Origin: Octopus bimaculoides
Lineage: Eukaryota
Assembly (NCBI RefSeq): GCF_001194135.2
Contig: NC_069001.1
Span: forward strand, 23,484,481 to 23,548,480
Direction: 5' to 3'
DNA length: 64,000 nt
Shown: piece after piece, positions 23,300 to 36,476 of the stretch
Position numbering within the stretch: position 1 is the first letter of the stretch
Layout: each line of letters begins with the position of its first letter
Made by a program: the position numbers and the translations under genes
The notes under the pieces: generated by a model
What the model saw: the letters and a program-made list of their open reading frames with translations, nothing else
Database searches by the model: none
What the model was told of the DNA's origin: nothing

Positions 23300-26240
23300 T
23301 TTTGTGATGCTAATCAATCTAATCAAAACACTGAGAACTAGCCAAAATCTGCCAGATAAGAGATTAAAAATAACATAAAGAAACCACTGCCACTATCACT
23401 AAGTCCTTGTGTATCTCCAAATGTAGTTGAGTCAACAGAGACGATTGTGGAATATATGCAAATTAGAATAATCTCGAAATGAAACTACAGTTTATTGGAA
23501 ACTTTTCCACTTTCTTGAAGCTATCATTGAGTAACAGGTCATTCTCAATAAGATTATGGAAAAATCCAACTGCTCTAATGTTGAAAGATATTGACAATGT
23601 CACTGGAGAACCCATGGAATTGTATCATGTGATGGTAATTACTGGAATATTTATACCCTCATATACACAACTGATATCACTCTTAGAGAAAAACTAGGAT
23701 AAATCTGCAGTATAAATGTAATCTACAGTATACATGTAATGAAACTACTAAACAGAAGCAAGCTAGATGGAAAACAAAACTTGAAGACATCAACAATCTA
23801 TGCCTCCATATTGGATGGTTAATTACAATAAAATATAAAGGGAATAATGAGGTTACACCTTACCAATTACATCTCATGCATGAATTATCAAAACTCTGTG
23901 GTGAATTTTCACACCAAGCTCTTGTGGGGAAAGCTAATTTCTCTAAAGCATGAAATTGGAAGCTAGGTGAAAAACTCCGCAACTGCAGGCAAGTGTTTGA
24001 AAAAAACCAGTATAAATCATAGAGCTGCAGAAGGAAAACATTACTGTTAAGAAAACACGCCCTCTCAAGAAGATCTTGAACCATTCTGGTCTAAAATCTG
24101 AAATGTGAAGAGGGATTTCAACTTTAATACATGGTGGCTAAATACAGTCAGGAGAGAATACTGTACCAATATCAACAGTGAAACATACACAAATGACTTG
24201 AAAGCTTTCATTATAGCTGTAGCTGAACTGCATAATGGGAAGGCAACTGGAAATGACCTAATGGTTAGATATTGGTACAAGAGGCTGACATTTTACAGGA
24301 ACCCATTAATGAATATTCAAAAGACCTATGAAAGGTCAGATTACTGTACCAAATTAGCTTGCTATTGCATGGACGAACCTTGTGGCCAAGGCAGAAAACT
24401 ATAGGCTCATTGCTTGCCTAGACATTATGTACAAAGTGTATGCAAGCTGCCTCAACCAATTCCTCCAGGACTGTTGTGAGTTTCACAACATATTGACTGA
24501 TGAACAGACAGGTGGAAAGCAAGGAGTGTGCTGAACAACTTTTAATCAACAAAACTGTACTGTCTGAAGTAAGAAAACACCATAGAAGCCTTGTGACAGA
24601 ATGGTTTAATTATAAGAAGGTCTTCACCTTTTTCCTCACTCATGGCATCAACATTTGATAAAAGTACCTGTTATCTTTGTTGCTGCCTTTGAAAGATATA
24701 TAAAGACCTGGGTAACAATTTTTACATTTACAGCTAAGAGCAGAATGAATGTCTCCAATGTTATGAATATTTCAAAGAAAATATTGCAAGAAGATAATCT
24801 TTCTGTAATTCTGTTCATTTTAGCATTAAATCCATTATCATTCCTGCCACAAAAATCAAATGGCTAATGCTAGGGTCTGCAAACTGTTAAAGATATTAAT
24901 ATAATCCATGATTTCTTTGTAAATGAAGATTTATGCTAAAAAGGTTGACAATGTTGAAAAACAGGTGAAGTTAATAACATTTTCAGCTGACAAAGGAATG
25001 GAATTTGGCAGAAAACAAAAAAAAAAAAGGTTCATATTTGAATGTTGAAAATAAAACCTCAGTCTCACAGACCCCAAAACATGTGCTTCGATGATCTCAA
25101 TATTTCTCCTGTTTCACACAATGAATGATGTAAAAATATCTAGGCATAGATGAAAATAAATCATATGGATGTGCTGGGAATAAATATAGAGTGACCCAAG
25201 AATATTACACCAGACTTAGAAAAATATGAGTTGGAACTCTTCTCTTACAAAATTTGGGATACTTGATTGGTCCGTAGAGGAAACCCACTCCATAATAAAC
25301 ATTAAAACCTGCAAGATCCTGACATCAACTGGAAACTTTCATATAAACAGTAACGTCAAGAGATGAATGAAGTAAGAGACTTAAGATCAGTGGAGACAGC
25401 CTTTGAATGTCATATAATCTCTCTCAGAGTGCACCTTCAGTCATGAATGACCACGGGATTGCACCTAAGAAGTTACCCTCTGAGGCACAAGTCCGGGCTC
25501 TTCTCTCCATGCCACTGATGTTATCCAAGGGAAAGGCAAAGGCTGATACAATTGGCACCAATAATGTCACAACTCGTTTCCACAGCTGAGTGAACTGGAA
25601 CAATGTAAAATAAAATGTGTTGCTCAAGAACACAACACACTGCCTAGTCCGGAAATTGAACTCACTAGCTCGTGATTGTGAGCCCAACACTCTAACCGCT
25701 GTGCCATGTGCCTTCACTACCTTCTATACAATAGTAACAAAAATCGATACATAGACATAGTGCTGAAAAGTGAAGCAAACAAAATCCTATGAGTTCCTCA
25801 GGAAGCACTTTCTTCCTGATGATCTCCCATACAACTCCAAGACAGCTGGACTAATATACTTCACAAAAGACCTGAACGTGAATGCTCAGCACACCAAAAA
25901 AGACTATGCATGGCTATGTGTTTTCTAAAGACTTGAAGAGAACAGCCTCTTTTAGACTTGTGATGATTACATCACATCACACTTTGATAGTTATGTATCA
26001 GCAATCCAAGAACAGGAGATTGTCACAAAATACTTAATTAACAAAAGAGACAATGAAGCCTTTGGGGCCCAAAGAGGCAATCAAAAATGTTGATTATGTG
26101 ATATTTTTGTGGAAGGCATCACACTTGAGATTAGCAACTAACCAAAAATGTCATCAAGCCACTACCGCTCTTTGTGACACAACATTGTTGCTAAAACAAT
26201 ATACAATGCCATTTGAAGAGAAGACTATCCTGGAATAAAT
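23300..26240 (+). mobile_element. R4/Dong-like non-LTR retrotransposon, about 2.9-kb decayed copy
   Basis: RT motifs TDEQTGGKQG..EQLLINKTVLSEVRKHHRSLVTEWFNYKKVF, ILQEDNLSVILFILALNPLSFL; C-terminal ITSHFDSYVSAIQEQEIVTKYL...C*LC...HNIVAKTIYNAI; many stops and frameshifts. Confidence 0.85.
25390..25718 (-). mobile_element. CORE-type tRNA-derived SINE inserted in the R4/Dong-like LINE
   Basis: Head GAAGGCACATGGCACAGCGGTTAGAG...GAGTTCAATTTCC followed by GTGTTCTTGAGCAACACATTTTATTTTACATTGTTCCAGTTCACTCAGCTGT. Confidence 0.75.
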
Positions 26241-26267
26241 ACAGTTATTGACAACATGTGTGTGTGT

Positions 26268-26560
26268 AATCATCATCATCATTTAACATTCTTTGTCCAT
26301 ACTGGAGAGCTGCACCAGACTCCAGTTTGATTTGGCTTGGTTTCTATGACTGGATGCCCTTCCTAATGCCACCCACTTTAAAAGGTGTGGTGGGTAATTT
26401 TATGTGAGAGCACTTTTATGTGGCACCACCACATGTACTTTACATCACCAGAGGAACCAGTCTTAACACATCTACTGTGGAGTATGCATCTACCTGAGTA
26501 CAGCAAGGCACCAGATGTCTCAGTCCTTTATCATCTCACCTGAAAGGTTCAGCATCCTGA
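26268..26560 (-). mobile_element. RTE 3'-end fragment
   Basis: CATCATCATTTAACATTC...GGATGCCCTTCCTAATGCC. Confidence 0.75.
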
Positions 26561-26582
26561 GATTGTTCTTCAGTACTTAGTA

Positions 26583-26618
<36 letters not shown>

Positions 26619-26665
26619 TATGTGTATATATATGCATATGTGTGTATATATATATATATATATAT

Positions 26666-26914
26666 NNNNNNNNNNNNNNNNNNNNNNNNNNNNNNNNNNN
26701 NNNNNNNNNNNNNNNNNNNNNNNNNNNNNNNNNNNNNNNNNNNNNNNNNNNNNNNNNNNNNNNNNNNNNNNNNNNNNNNNNNNNNNNNNNNNNNNNNNNN
26801 NNNNNNNNNNNNNNNNNNNNNNNNNNNNNNNNNNNNNNNNNNNNNNNNNNNNNNNNNNNNNNNNNNNNNNNNNNNNNNNNNNNNNNNNNNNNNNNNNNNN
26901 NNNNNNNNNNNNNN
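26666..26914. other. Assembly gap
   Basis: N-run in (TA)n. Confidence 1.
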
Positions 26915-26961
<47 letters not shown>

Positions 26962-26966
<5 letters not shown>

Positions 26967-28248
26967 GGACGTGGAAAAGGCCTTAATGATGAAGAAAAGT
27001 CTGCCACCATCAAAGAAAGTGCTTATGGCAACTCTCTTCAGGTCATTGCAGAGAAGTTAGGTCATCATGCAGACACGGTTAGATAATTCCTGAAGAACTC
27101 TTCGCCAAGAAAGAAACGATCTGTTTGTGGAACCTCCAAGACTGTGATAGCTAGGGATTTGAGGAATATTGGACAAACAAGCAAAGCCATTTTCATCGCC
27201 TCTGGACTTCCTCGTGTACCAAAAACCACCATAAATCACATCCTCAGGACCATAGCTTCCGTGCAAGAATCCCTGAAACTGTCTCCTTTAACATCCCATC
27301 ACAGGAGTTTGCAGCCCAAGAGTACATGACATTAGACATGAGATGTGTTCTGTTTAATGATGAAACCAGGGTGACCCTTGATGGACCTGACTGTTGGGCA
27401 AATGGTTGAGTCCATTTTAGAGATGAGCATCACCAACGTTTACAACGTCAACAACAGGATGGAGGAGCCATATTGAGGGCTGATATCATTGGAGACAGAC
27501 TTGTTGGCCCAGTCAGGGTGCCTGATAGGATTAAAGTGACTGCTGCCACATATTGTAATCTCCTGAAGGGGGTGTTGGATCCCTCGCTAGATTATATACC
27601 ACTGTCACTTCTAAGGAATCTCTTATCCATGCATAACAACACTCCCTCCCACTCTGCTAGGATCACCTAAACAATACTAGGGTCTTACAGCATACAAAGT
27701 GAGAGGTTGATGGTGTGGCCACCAGCACCTCTGGATCTCAACCCTATCGAAAATCTTTGGAACATCATTAAACAAGATGTTTATGCTGATGGATGTCAAT
27801 TTATGTTGAAAGATGTCTTATGGCTGACCATCCTGCTACTATTAAGAAATTGACAGATTCCATGACTAATAGAGATTTTGAAGTTATCTGTCAAAATGGC
27901 ACTCATGAGACTAAATAATTCATTATGTCGTTAGATGTTATATATTATTACAGTTTCCTGTTAAATACATACTCAATGTATACTTAATATGTATCATTAC
28001 CCTTCATTTTGTGGGGAAAAAAATGTCTAAATAGGCTATTTTCATTCAAAAGCTGTTAGCGTGGTTCACCTAAAAACTGAAGAATCTGAAATAAAAAAGA
28101 AAGGGCATTAGACAGAATAAGGAAAACATAACAATGGTGTTGCTTGCTATAGTGTGCAAACCAGCTGGGAAAGTTTTATCAAAATCGATTCACAGAAAAC
28201 TGAGAAATCCTAAATTTCACACCTAAGCTATTAGCATGGTCCTGGGTG
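26962..28248 (+). mobile_element. Tc1-like transposon, decayed; left TIR not visible
   Basis: MGRGKGLNDEEK...IAEKLGHHADTVR HTH; TRVTLDGPD; HNNTPSHSAR; WPPAPLDLNPIENLWNIIK; right end reads CACCCAGGACCATGCTAAT on the minus strand, followed by TA. Confidence 0.85.
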
Positions 28249-28279
28249 TATGTATGTATGTATATATATATATATATAT

Positions 28280-29253
28280 NNNNNNNNNNNNNNNNNNNNN
28301 NNNNNNNNNNNNNNNNNNNNNNNNNNNNNNNNNNNNNNNNNNNNNNNNNNNNNNNNNNNNNNNNNNNNNNNNNNNNNNNNNNNNNNNNNNNNNNNNNNNN
28401 NNNNNNNNNNNNNNNNNNNNNNNNNNNNNNNNNNNNNNNNNNNNNNNNNNNNNNNNNNNNNNNNNNNNNNNNNNNNNNNNNNNNNNNNNNNNNNNNNNNN
28501 NNNNNNNNNNNNNNNNNNNNNNNNNNNNNNNNNNNNNNNNNNNNNNNNNNNNNNNNNNNNNNNNNNNNNNNNNNNNNNNNNNNNNNNNNNNNNNNNNNNN
28601 NNNNNNNNNNNNNNNNNNNNNNNNNNNNNNNNNNNNNNNNNNNNNNNNNNNNNNNNNNNNNNNNNNNNNNNNNNNNNNNNNNNNNNNNNNNNNNNNNNNN
28701 NNNNNNNNNNNNNNNNNNNNNNNNNNNNNNNNNNNNNNNNNNNNNNNNNNNNNNNNNNNNNNNNNNNNNNNNNNNNNNNNNNNNNNNNNNNNNNNNNNNN
28801 NNNNNNNNNNNNNNNNNNNNNNNNNNNNNNNNNNNNNNNNNNNNNNNNNNNNNNNNNNNNNNNNNNNNNNNNNNNNNNNNNNNNNNNNNNNNNNNNNNNN
28901 NNNNNNNNNNNNNNNNNNNNNNNNNNNNNNNNNNNNNNNNNNNNNNNNNNNNNNNNNNNNNNNNNNNNNNNNNNNNNNNNNNNNNNNNNNNNNNNNNNNN
29001 NNNNNNNNNNNNNNNNNNNNNNNNNNNNNNNNNNNNNNNNNNNNNNNNNNNNNNNNNNNNNNNNNNNNNNNNNNNNNNNNNNNNNNNNNNNNNNNNNNNN
29101 NNNNNNNNNNNNNNNNNNNNNNNNNNNNNNNNNNNNNNNNNNNNNNNNNNNNNNNNNNNNNNNNNNNNNNNNNNNNNNNNNNNNNNNNNNNNNNNNNNNN
29201 NNNNNNNNNNNNNNNNNNNNNNNNNNNNNNNNNNNNNNNNNNNNNNNNNNNNN
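28280..29253. other. Assembly gap
   Basis: N-run in (TA)n. Confidence 1.
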
Positions 29254-29489
29254 TATATATATATATATATGTTTATAATGTGTGTATGTGTGTGCACCAC
29301 CTTGTAACATGGGTATACACCCTGTTACATCTTCGCCATCCTCTCTCTCTCTCTCTCTCCATCTAAGGTTACCATGTTCCTCTTCTAGTGCATAAAACCT
29401 ACTTCTGTCCTTCAATACTGCTCATCCCCCCACTTCCAGTTACTTGATGACCTCTCTGCTGCTGATTCTCTGGGTCTCTTTTGGTGGAC

Positions 29490-29575
29490 TACTAGGTTAC
29501 AGGGATGCAAACACAGCAACAGCAGTTGTCAAGTGATAGTGGGGGGGAGGACAAATACACACACGCATATGCACA

Positions 29576-29660
<85 letters not shown>

Positions 29661-29815
29661 CGGGCTTCTTTCAATTTCTGTCTACCAAACCCTCTCACAA
29701 GGCTTTGGTCAGCTCGAGGCTATAGTAGAAGGCAGCCAAGGTGCCATGCAGTAGAACTGAACCCAGAACCATGTGGTTGGGAAGCAAGCTTCTCACCACA
29801 CAGCCATGCCTGCAC
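29490..29815 (-). mobile_element. SINE family A with long (CA)n interior
   Basis: Core and head on the minus strand; (CA)n at about 29580-29658. Confidence 0.9.
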
Positions 29816-30224
29816 CTATTTTATATATATATATATATATATATTAATTAATGCTATAATTACAACATGAATGTCAATGGCCATAATATATTGTTATTCG
29901 ATTTTAGAAAAACTACATATTTATAGAAACTCACCAATAAAAAGAAAGTGACATGTTGATAAATCATCGGAATTGACTTCATGCCATTGTAGTACTAATC
30001 ATCATCATCGTTTAACGTCCGCTTTCCATGCTAGCATGGAAATGCTTATAAAAAATGTTTACTATGTCTTCTTAAAAAAAATGGATGACTGAATATTTGG
30101 CCGAATGCGATTTGAAAACTAACGATTAATGAATATTAATCCCACTTGATGTTAATAACCAGTGTTTAATATTTAATATTGGTTTGGCAGAAATGACAGA
30201 GTGCTGAATGCAGTCGTCATCATC

Positions 30225-30375
30225 ATTGTTGTCATCATCACCATCACCATCATCATTGTTTTAGCAGTAAATTCATGCATAGAAGGGTCAGAGGAGAGTA
30301 ATGTTTTGGGCTGAGATTCCTGTGACAGGATTCCTTTCCTATTGCTAATCATCGCTTGTTTCCAAGTGAGGTAAT
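30225..30375 (-). mobile_element. RTE-type 3' tail (second subfamily; plus-strand copy at about 61270-61405)
   Basis: CTTGGAAACA..GA.GATT.G..A.AGGAAAGG motif shared by both copies; (ATG)n tail. Confidence 0.6.
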
Positions 30376-30944
30376 AATCTACAAGTCTATTAGAAAAATA
30401 AACGGTCCACATGAGTTTACATAGACAACAGGAGACAAACAACGCTGATAGTAATGCCATTGTTTACTATCAGTGAATGAAACACTCGTGCAAACAAGAA
30501 AAATATGAACTCACACAAATACATACATACAGGCATACATACAACTACAAGAATACATACATACACACAAACACAGACACAGACATGCATGTAATTTATT
30601 TTTCCATTAAGGTAGGATGAATGAAAAAAGTACTCTCCCTGATGAGAGAGAAATATTGTCTTATGTATACAGTATATAGTTATGAGCTACAGTGATAGCT
30701 CGCAGTACGAGTTTAATTCATTCCATGACTGAGTTCATCTTATGATTTACTCGTTTTACAAATCAATTTTCCCATTGAAATTAACTAAAATATAATTAAT
30801 CTGTCCCAGCACTCCAAAACTACTCAAAAATAATTGTTTATGGGTTTTAAAACAGAAAAGTTGTAGTCACAAGTAAAATGATAATTATGAAAAAGAAGAG
30901 AATACAAAAGAAATATGTAAACTGGTTTTAATTAACTGAATTAC

Positions 30945-31123
30945 CTCAAAGATGGGACGATTTGTGCTTGACAAAAATTCGCACAAGTCTCGGCTCGTGC
31001 AGCAAATTATTTGTACAATGGGGTATTTGTACTGCAAGGTTCTACTGTGCATATATTGAAGAAAAACAGGATTTAAAACATACCTAGTGTTGCCAAGCAA
31101 CTTTTGGGCTCTGAGCACATAGC
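30945..31123 (-). CDS. Candidate coding exon (179 nt, or 40 nt using the donor at 31083)
   Basis: Acceptor ...TTATAACATGTATAG, donor GAG|GTAATT; open frame YVLRAQKLLGNTRYVLNPVFLQYMHSRTLQYKYPIVQIICCTSRDLCEFLSSTNRPIFE; alternative internal donor TAG|GTATGT; product unknown. Confidence 0.35.
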
Positions 31124-31589
31124 CTATACATGTTATAATTGAGGACATAGAAAAGAGAAATCATGAGAAAAAAATGAGATGAAGGTGTGTTCAAAAAGTG
31201 GAATGGTGAAAAAAAAAAAAAACAGATAAAGAAAGGAAAAAGAAGTGATTAGAGTTATGTCCCCTTTGACCATGGAGTCTTAAAACTAAATGGTGTTGAA
31301 TCAATGGAAGGTGTCTAATGTCTGTGATACAGCTGCTCAATTCGGAGAAGGTGGTGTTCTCCTATTTGTCAAAAGAAACTTGTTCATATGTTCGCATGTG
31401 AGGAAAATTTCTGATCTTGAATTCAGTAGTGCTGTGGAATTCTTAGGTCTTAAAAGGACATGTGGATACTCTAACAACGATTTGGAGAAGTTTGGTTTGT
31501 TATATTCAACTTGAGTTAAACATTTTAGCACCATGCACCACTTCCTAGCATAGCATGAAATATATATGTAAATATATATATTTTATCTC

Positions 31590-31770
31590 TTACATCTTTC
31601 AGTCAATGGATTGCAGCCATGCTGAGACACTGCCTTGAAGGAGTTTTAACTAAATGAATGAAGGACTTTTAACCAATACTAAATCTTTTTAATCCTATTA
31701 CTTATTCTATTGTTCTCTTTCTGTGGAGCTGCTAACTTACAGAGACATAAACAAGCCAACATGGGTTGTC
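31590..31770 (-). mobile_element. SINE family A, 3' part
   Basis: TCTTTCAGTCAATGGATTGCAGCCATGCTGAGACACTGCCTTGAAG. Confidence 0.65.
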
Positions 31771-31854
31771 AACAAAATCACGTTAATAGGGAGTCTCCCC
31801 CTTATATGAACTCAATAGAGGGACCAGCTATTTGAGTTGACAGCAGTATAATAG

Positions 31855-34020
31855 ATAAGGCAATTACAGATTTGAAGACAGAGAAGATCCTTCATCCATT
31901 GGAAGTTACTGCTGAGCTGTTTAAAGTATCTGGTAAAATACGATATGGCCTCATCACCCATATAATTAATGAAGTTATTCAGGAAGGTGTCTTCCTCAAT
32001 GACTGGTGTAGCAGCATTATTGTCAACTGCTACAAGGTAAGAATGATGCCTTAAAAAGAAGTAATGACGGAGGCATCAAATTGTAGGACCAAGTCATGAA
32101 AGTTATGGAAAGAGATAAAGCCCAGTTAATTAGGAACAAAATGAGATTAAATGAAATGCAGTTTGGCTTTGTTTTTGAGAGAAGCACCACTGACAGTATT
32201 TTTATATCAGTTAGCTGTAGGAAGAGTATTTGGCTAAGAACACACAACTGTATGTAGCGTTTGTGGACCTGGAGAAAGCATTCAACAGAGTATCCTATTG
32301 TGTGATACGGTGGTCTCTGAGGAAGCTAGGAGTAGATGAGTAGATGCTTGTGAAGGCTGTACAGGCCATGGACAGAGGTTCTGTCAGTAACATGAAAGTT
32401 AACCATGTGTATAGCGATGAATTTAGTGTACAGGTAGGCCTTTGTCAGGGGTCAGTTTTCAGTTCCTTTCAATTCATCATTGCTGTCCAGACCATAACTG
32501 AGGAATTCAAGACTGGCTTCCCCTGGAAACTGTTATATGTTGATGATCTTGCTCTAAAAGCAGATTCTTTTCTACAGAACTAGAAAAGAAATTCTATGTG
32601 TGGAAGCAGAAGCTGGAATCAAAGGACTTTAAGGTTAACTTAGTAAGACAAAGGTTCAAGTAAGCAAGAAAATAAATAGGACCCTACCCACTTCAGATAA
32701 ATGTAAGAAAGATGTAGGCAGAAGTTCCATAGGATGTACCCAGGGCAAGTAAGGACATGCAAGAGATTCAGTGAAATAAAAGTTAATATAGGAAGTGGTG
32801 TTTATATGTACAGGAGCCATATAAACTACAGAAACTTGGGAAATCGATTTTCACAAATACCATGGAGGCTCTTTAAAGGTAGTGGATAATTTCTGCTATC
32901 TAGGTGAGTTAATTAGCAGTGGAAGAGGATGTACTGTGTGCATAATTGCTAGAATAAGAATAGAATGGAGAAAGTTCAGAGAGCTTTTACCTCTATTGGC
33001 AACCTCTCTTTCTGAGTGAAAAAAAGATTGTATGCTGCATGTATACAAATAGCAGTGCTACATGGTAGTGAGATGTAGGCCTTGAATGTAGAGAACGTTC
33101 AAAGATTAGAGAGCAACGAAGCTAGCATGCTCTGCTAGATGTGCAATGTCAATGAACATGTGTGACAGAGTGGTAGTGTATTGAGTTGAAAGTTAGGCAT
33201 AAATTGGATTAGATGCAGTGTGCAAAAGAAAAGACTGCTGGATTGGTCATGCGATGTGCATGGATGAGGATAGGTGCATAAAGAAGTGCCGATCACTTAA
33301 AGTAGATGGATGTTGTGAAAAAAAGGAGACTCAAGAGGACATAGTATAAAATATTGAAGATTGATCTCAAGATGTTATGCCTTAGAAAGGAGATGACAAA
33401 AGACCAAGATATCTGATACTTTGCTGTACTCAAGAAGATTCAGCCACCAGAACAGAATTGATTTCCTAAAACCACCTTGGTAATGCCTGTCCATGAAGGG
33501 CTCAGCCCCACCCACACCTCTATTCCCTCTGTCCTATCAGCCATCCCCCCCCCCAGATTTCATTTCCTAACACCCATCACTTTTTTATCCCCTGAGAGTA
33601 GAATAGACACATACTATATCTTCCTGCTTTCTCAATTACCTTTCGTCCCCCACGCCAAACCACTTCCAATTCCCAATACCTGCCTCCACCTCCTGTCTCC
33701 AATAAACTCCACCTTTCTGTGCCTTCTCTCCCCTGTGCTTTTCTCCATCATTGATACCTCACTTATCTACTGTCACCATCAATGCCCGCACATATCTGCT
33801 GCAACCTTACCCCCCAAGCTGCTTCTATATTTCTCTCCATATGCTACAGCCACCTCTTTCCTGCCCACTCACTCAGTCCAAACCTCTGTATTGCTTCACT
33901 TATTCTCATCACCCTCAACGTCCTCTGAGGACATGTACCAACACATCTTTGCCACCATCTCTCTCACTATCACTCTCACTCTCACATCTTTGCCACCATC
34001 TCTCTCACTACCACTCTCTT
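31855..34020 (+). mobile_element. RTE LINE: decayed reverse transcriptase and pyrimidine-rich 3' region
   Basis: DWCSSIIVNCYK, QFGF...STTDSIF, FVDLEKAFNRV, VQVGLCQGSVFS, LLYVDDLAL; multiple stops. Confidence 0.9.
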
Positions 34021-34365
34021 TATTTCATTGGCTCAAGTTCTTAAAAATTATACTGGGATCAATTTGATCAACTAAACTTTTTTCAAATCAAACCCAGCAT
34101 GACCAATATGGTCATATCCCAATAATTGAAACAAGTAAAAGAATAAAAGATTAGAATATCTAAATCTACATTATTACATTGTGACTTTTTAAGATAAAAC
34201 ATGTATGACTTGAGGGATAATTAACTGTTATTTCTAGCAGTTCATTTGATTTGTATAGAGACTCAACTGTTGGTTGATCTAGTATTGTTATCTGAATAGG
34301 TGAAAATGTCCCTTATTTTGTCAAATGATATGAATTAGAAATTGTTCTGTTCTCACTTTTCTTAC

Positions 34366-34400
34366 GGAGAGAAACAGAATACTTGGCCAATGTACAGGTG
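34366..34400 (-). CDS. Candidate 35-nt microexon
   Basis: Acceptor GCTTTAACTTTTTAG and donor TCC|GTAAGA; open in all three frames (for example PVHWPSILFLS). Confidence 0.3.
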
Positions 34401-34479
34401 CTAAAAAGTTAAAGCAATGCAAGACAAGTTTAAGGAAAGCAACGTTTGAAGAAAATATCATCAGTTTTTTATACTTTCT

Positions 34480-34800
34480 AGGGGCAAGCAAACAGGAACT
34501 AACAGTTGATACCCAAGGTCAAGAATCGTATAACAGAGTGTAATTAACGTGGCAGTGCCAGGAGATCAACGTATTGTCATGAAAGAAAGAGAAAAGGACG
34601 AAAAATATGAAGAACTGGAAATTGAGACCCCTAAGATGTGCAGCTTAAAGAATCAAACATAAAAGTTGTCACTATCTGTCTGAGGATTTTGTTGTGACTT
34701 CACACCCAGTACAAACCCCCCCCGGTACACAAAATATCTTCAATCTCCATCACAATATTGGATACTGTGTGATGTCTTCAATAATAAAAATAATAATTCT
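34480..34800 (+). mobile_element. 3' end of an RLE-type (R4/Dong-like) LINE with (TAA)n-like tail
   Basis: INVAVPGDQRIVMKEREKDEKYEELEIE..KM...IKVVTI, the endonuclease C-terminus. Confidence 0.75.
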
Positions 34801-35016
34801 TTCTACTAAAGGCTCAAGGCCTGAAATTTTGGGGGAGGGAGGTGGTAAGTCGATTTCATTGATCCCCAGTGTTTTACTGGTACTGAATTTAGCGACCCTG
34901 AAAGGATGAAAGGCAAAGTTGACCTCAGCAGAATTTAAACCCAGAATGTGAAGACAGACAAAATACAGCTAAGCGTTTCAACCAGCATGCTAAACAATTC
35001 TACCAGCTTGCCACCT
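34800..35016 (-). mobile_element. Nin-domain-like SINE (family B)
   Basis: GGTGGCAAGCTGGTAGAATTG head; GGTCAACTTTGCCTTTCATCCTTTCAGGGTCG core. Confidence 0.85.
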
Positions 35017-35246
35017 AAATAATAATATCTACAAATGTTCATATTTATATACACAGTTTAAAATCTAGATCGTTTGTCTCAGCAACATGTGAATAACTAA
35101 AATAATTCAGCAGTGAATAAATTGATTGAAGTGAATGCATATCTATCATTATAATCAAGGATAAAATCTATATTGGATTTTATCAGATAACTAGCATGTA
35201 AAACCTTTTCGGTATAAATTAATACAGAACATATAATTTTTTATAA

Positions 35247-35539
35247 AAATTATAATAAGGGCAAACTACATGGTATGTATAAATAAGGGCAAAATATATG
35301 ATATATATAAATGTTTATAATTATGAACGTTGAGTTATGTTATACTGATGAGGGTAAAGGAAGTTATATCCCTGAACTAGAAATCAATTGATCTATGGCT
35401 AAACCTTTTAAAAAAGATAGATTTTTTGTTAATTTCCCTCACTTTCAGCCTGTGTCTATGTGATAAATAAGGTATTTTAAAGTCATTTGGCATCTTCTAG
35501 CATGGGGAACTATCATGTAGTTTGCCCTTATTATAATTT
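35247..35539. repeat. Element with perfect 26-bp terminal inverted repeats and a degenerate hammerhead-like core
   Basis: AAATTATAATAAGGGCAAACTACATG (35247-72) and its reverse complement (35514-39); CTGATGAGGGTA...TATCCCTGAACTAG at 35345-35380. Confidence 0.8.
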
Positions 35540-35554
35540 ATATATATATATATA

Positions 35555-36085
35555 GAGCCTGGTGTTGCCATCCGGTTTCACCAGTCCTCAGTCAAATCGT
35601 CCAACCCAAGCTAGCATGGAAAGCGGACGTTAAACGATGATGATGATGATGATGATGTGTGTGTGTGTGTTTGTGTATATATATATATATATAAGCGAAA
35701 GGCAAGCGAAAGCGAAATCGGGATGGCACCTGTGCCCAGCGTCGCCTTTCTGGCACTTGTCCCCATGGCATGTGTAATGGACTTTCGAGCGAGATCATTG
35801 CCAGTGCCCCTGGACTGGCTCTTGTGCGGGTGGCACATAAAATACATCATTTGAGCATGGCCATTGCCAGTACCGCCTGACTGGCCTTCATGCAGGTGGC
35901 ACGTAAAAGCACCCACTACACTCTCAGAGTGGTTGGCGTTAGGAAGGGCATCCAGCTGTAGAAACTCTGCCAAATCAGATTGGAGCCCGGTGTAGCCATC
36001 CGGTTTCACCTGTCCTCAGTCAAACCATCCAACACATGCTAGCATGGAAAGCGGATGTTAAACGATGATGATGATGATGATGATG
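35555..36085 (+). mobile_element. Two tandem RTE 3'-end copies (young, CpG-retaining)
   Basis: Both end GCATGGAAAGCGGA(C/T)GTTAAACGATGATGATG. Confidence 0.9.
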
Positions 36086-36476
36086 CTAGTGTGAACATGC
36101 TGTCTTTGGGATATCTTTAAACATGTTTTACATTGATCTCATATCATTGTATCATATATTCCTATAGGCTATATACCTAACTATACATATGCCATGCCTA
36201 TGGGAAGAATGCTTGCAAGACATGCAACATTAAGGAATCGTGAATGTCAATAGTGGAAAACGTAAAATAGAGTTATAAGATGAAATGTGATTATGTTAAA
36301 ATAACCTGCATTTATAAAGCAATGGAAAATTACTACGTTAATGCTACCAATAAATTTTAGCACATGCACCATATATATAAATATATTAAAAAAAAATTTG
36401 TTGTATAAAGCCAAAACAATACGAGATGTTACAAAGTAAACCACAAAACCAAACCAAAGTTTTAAATCTAACTTAT

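Noticed and set aside
31290-31534. Overlapping 65-74 aa ORFs
   Set aside because: No suitable splice donor before the stop; GGVLLFVKRNL hints at a decayed LINE endonuclease rather than a gene.
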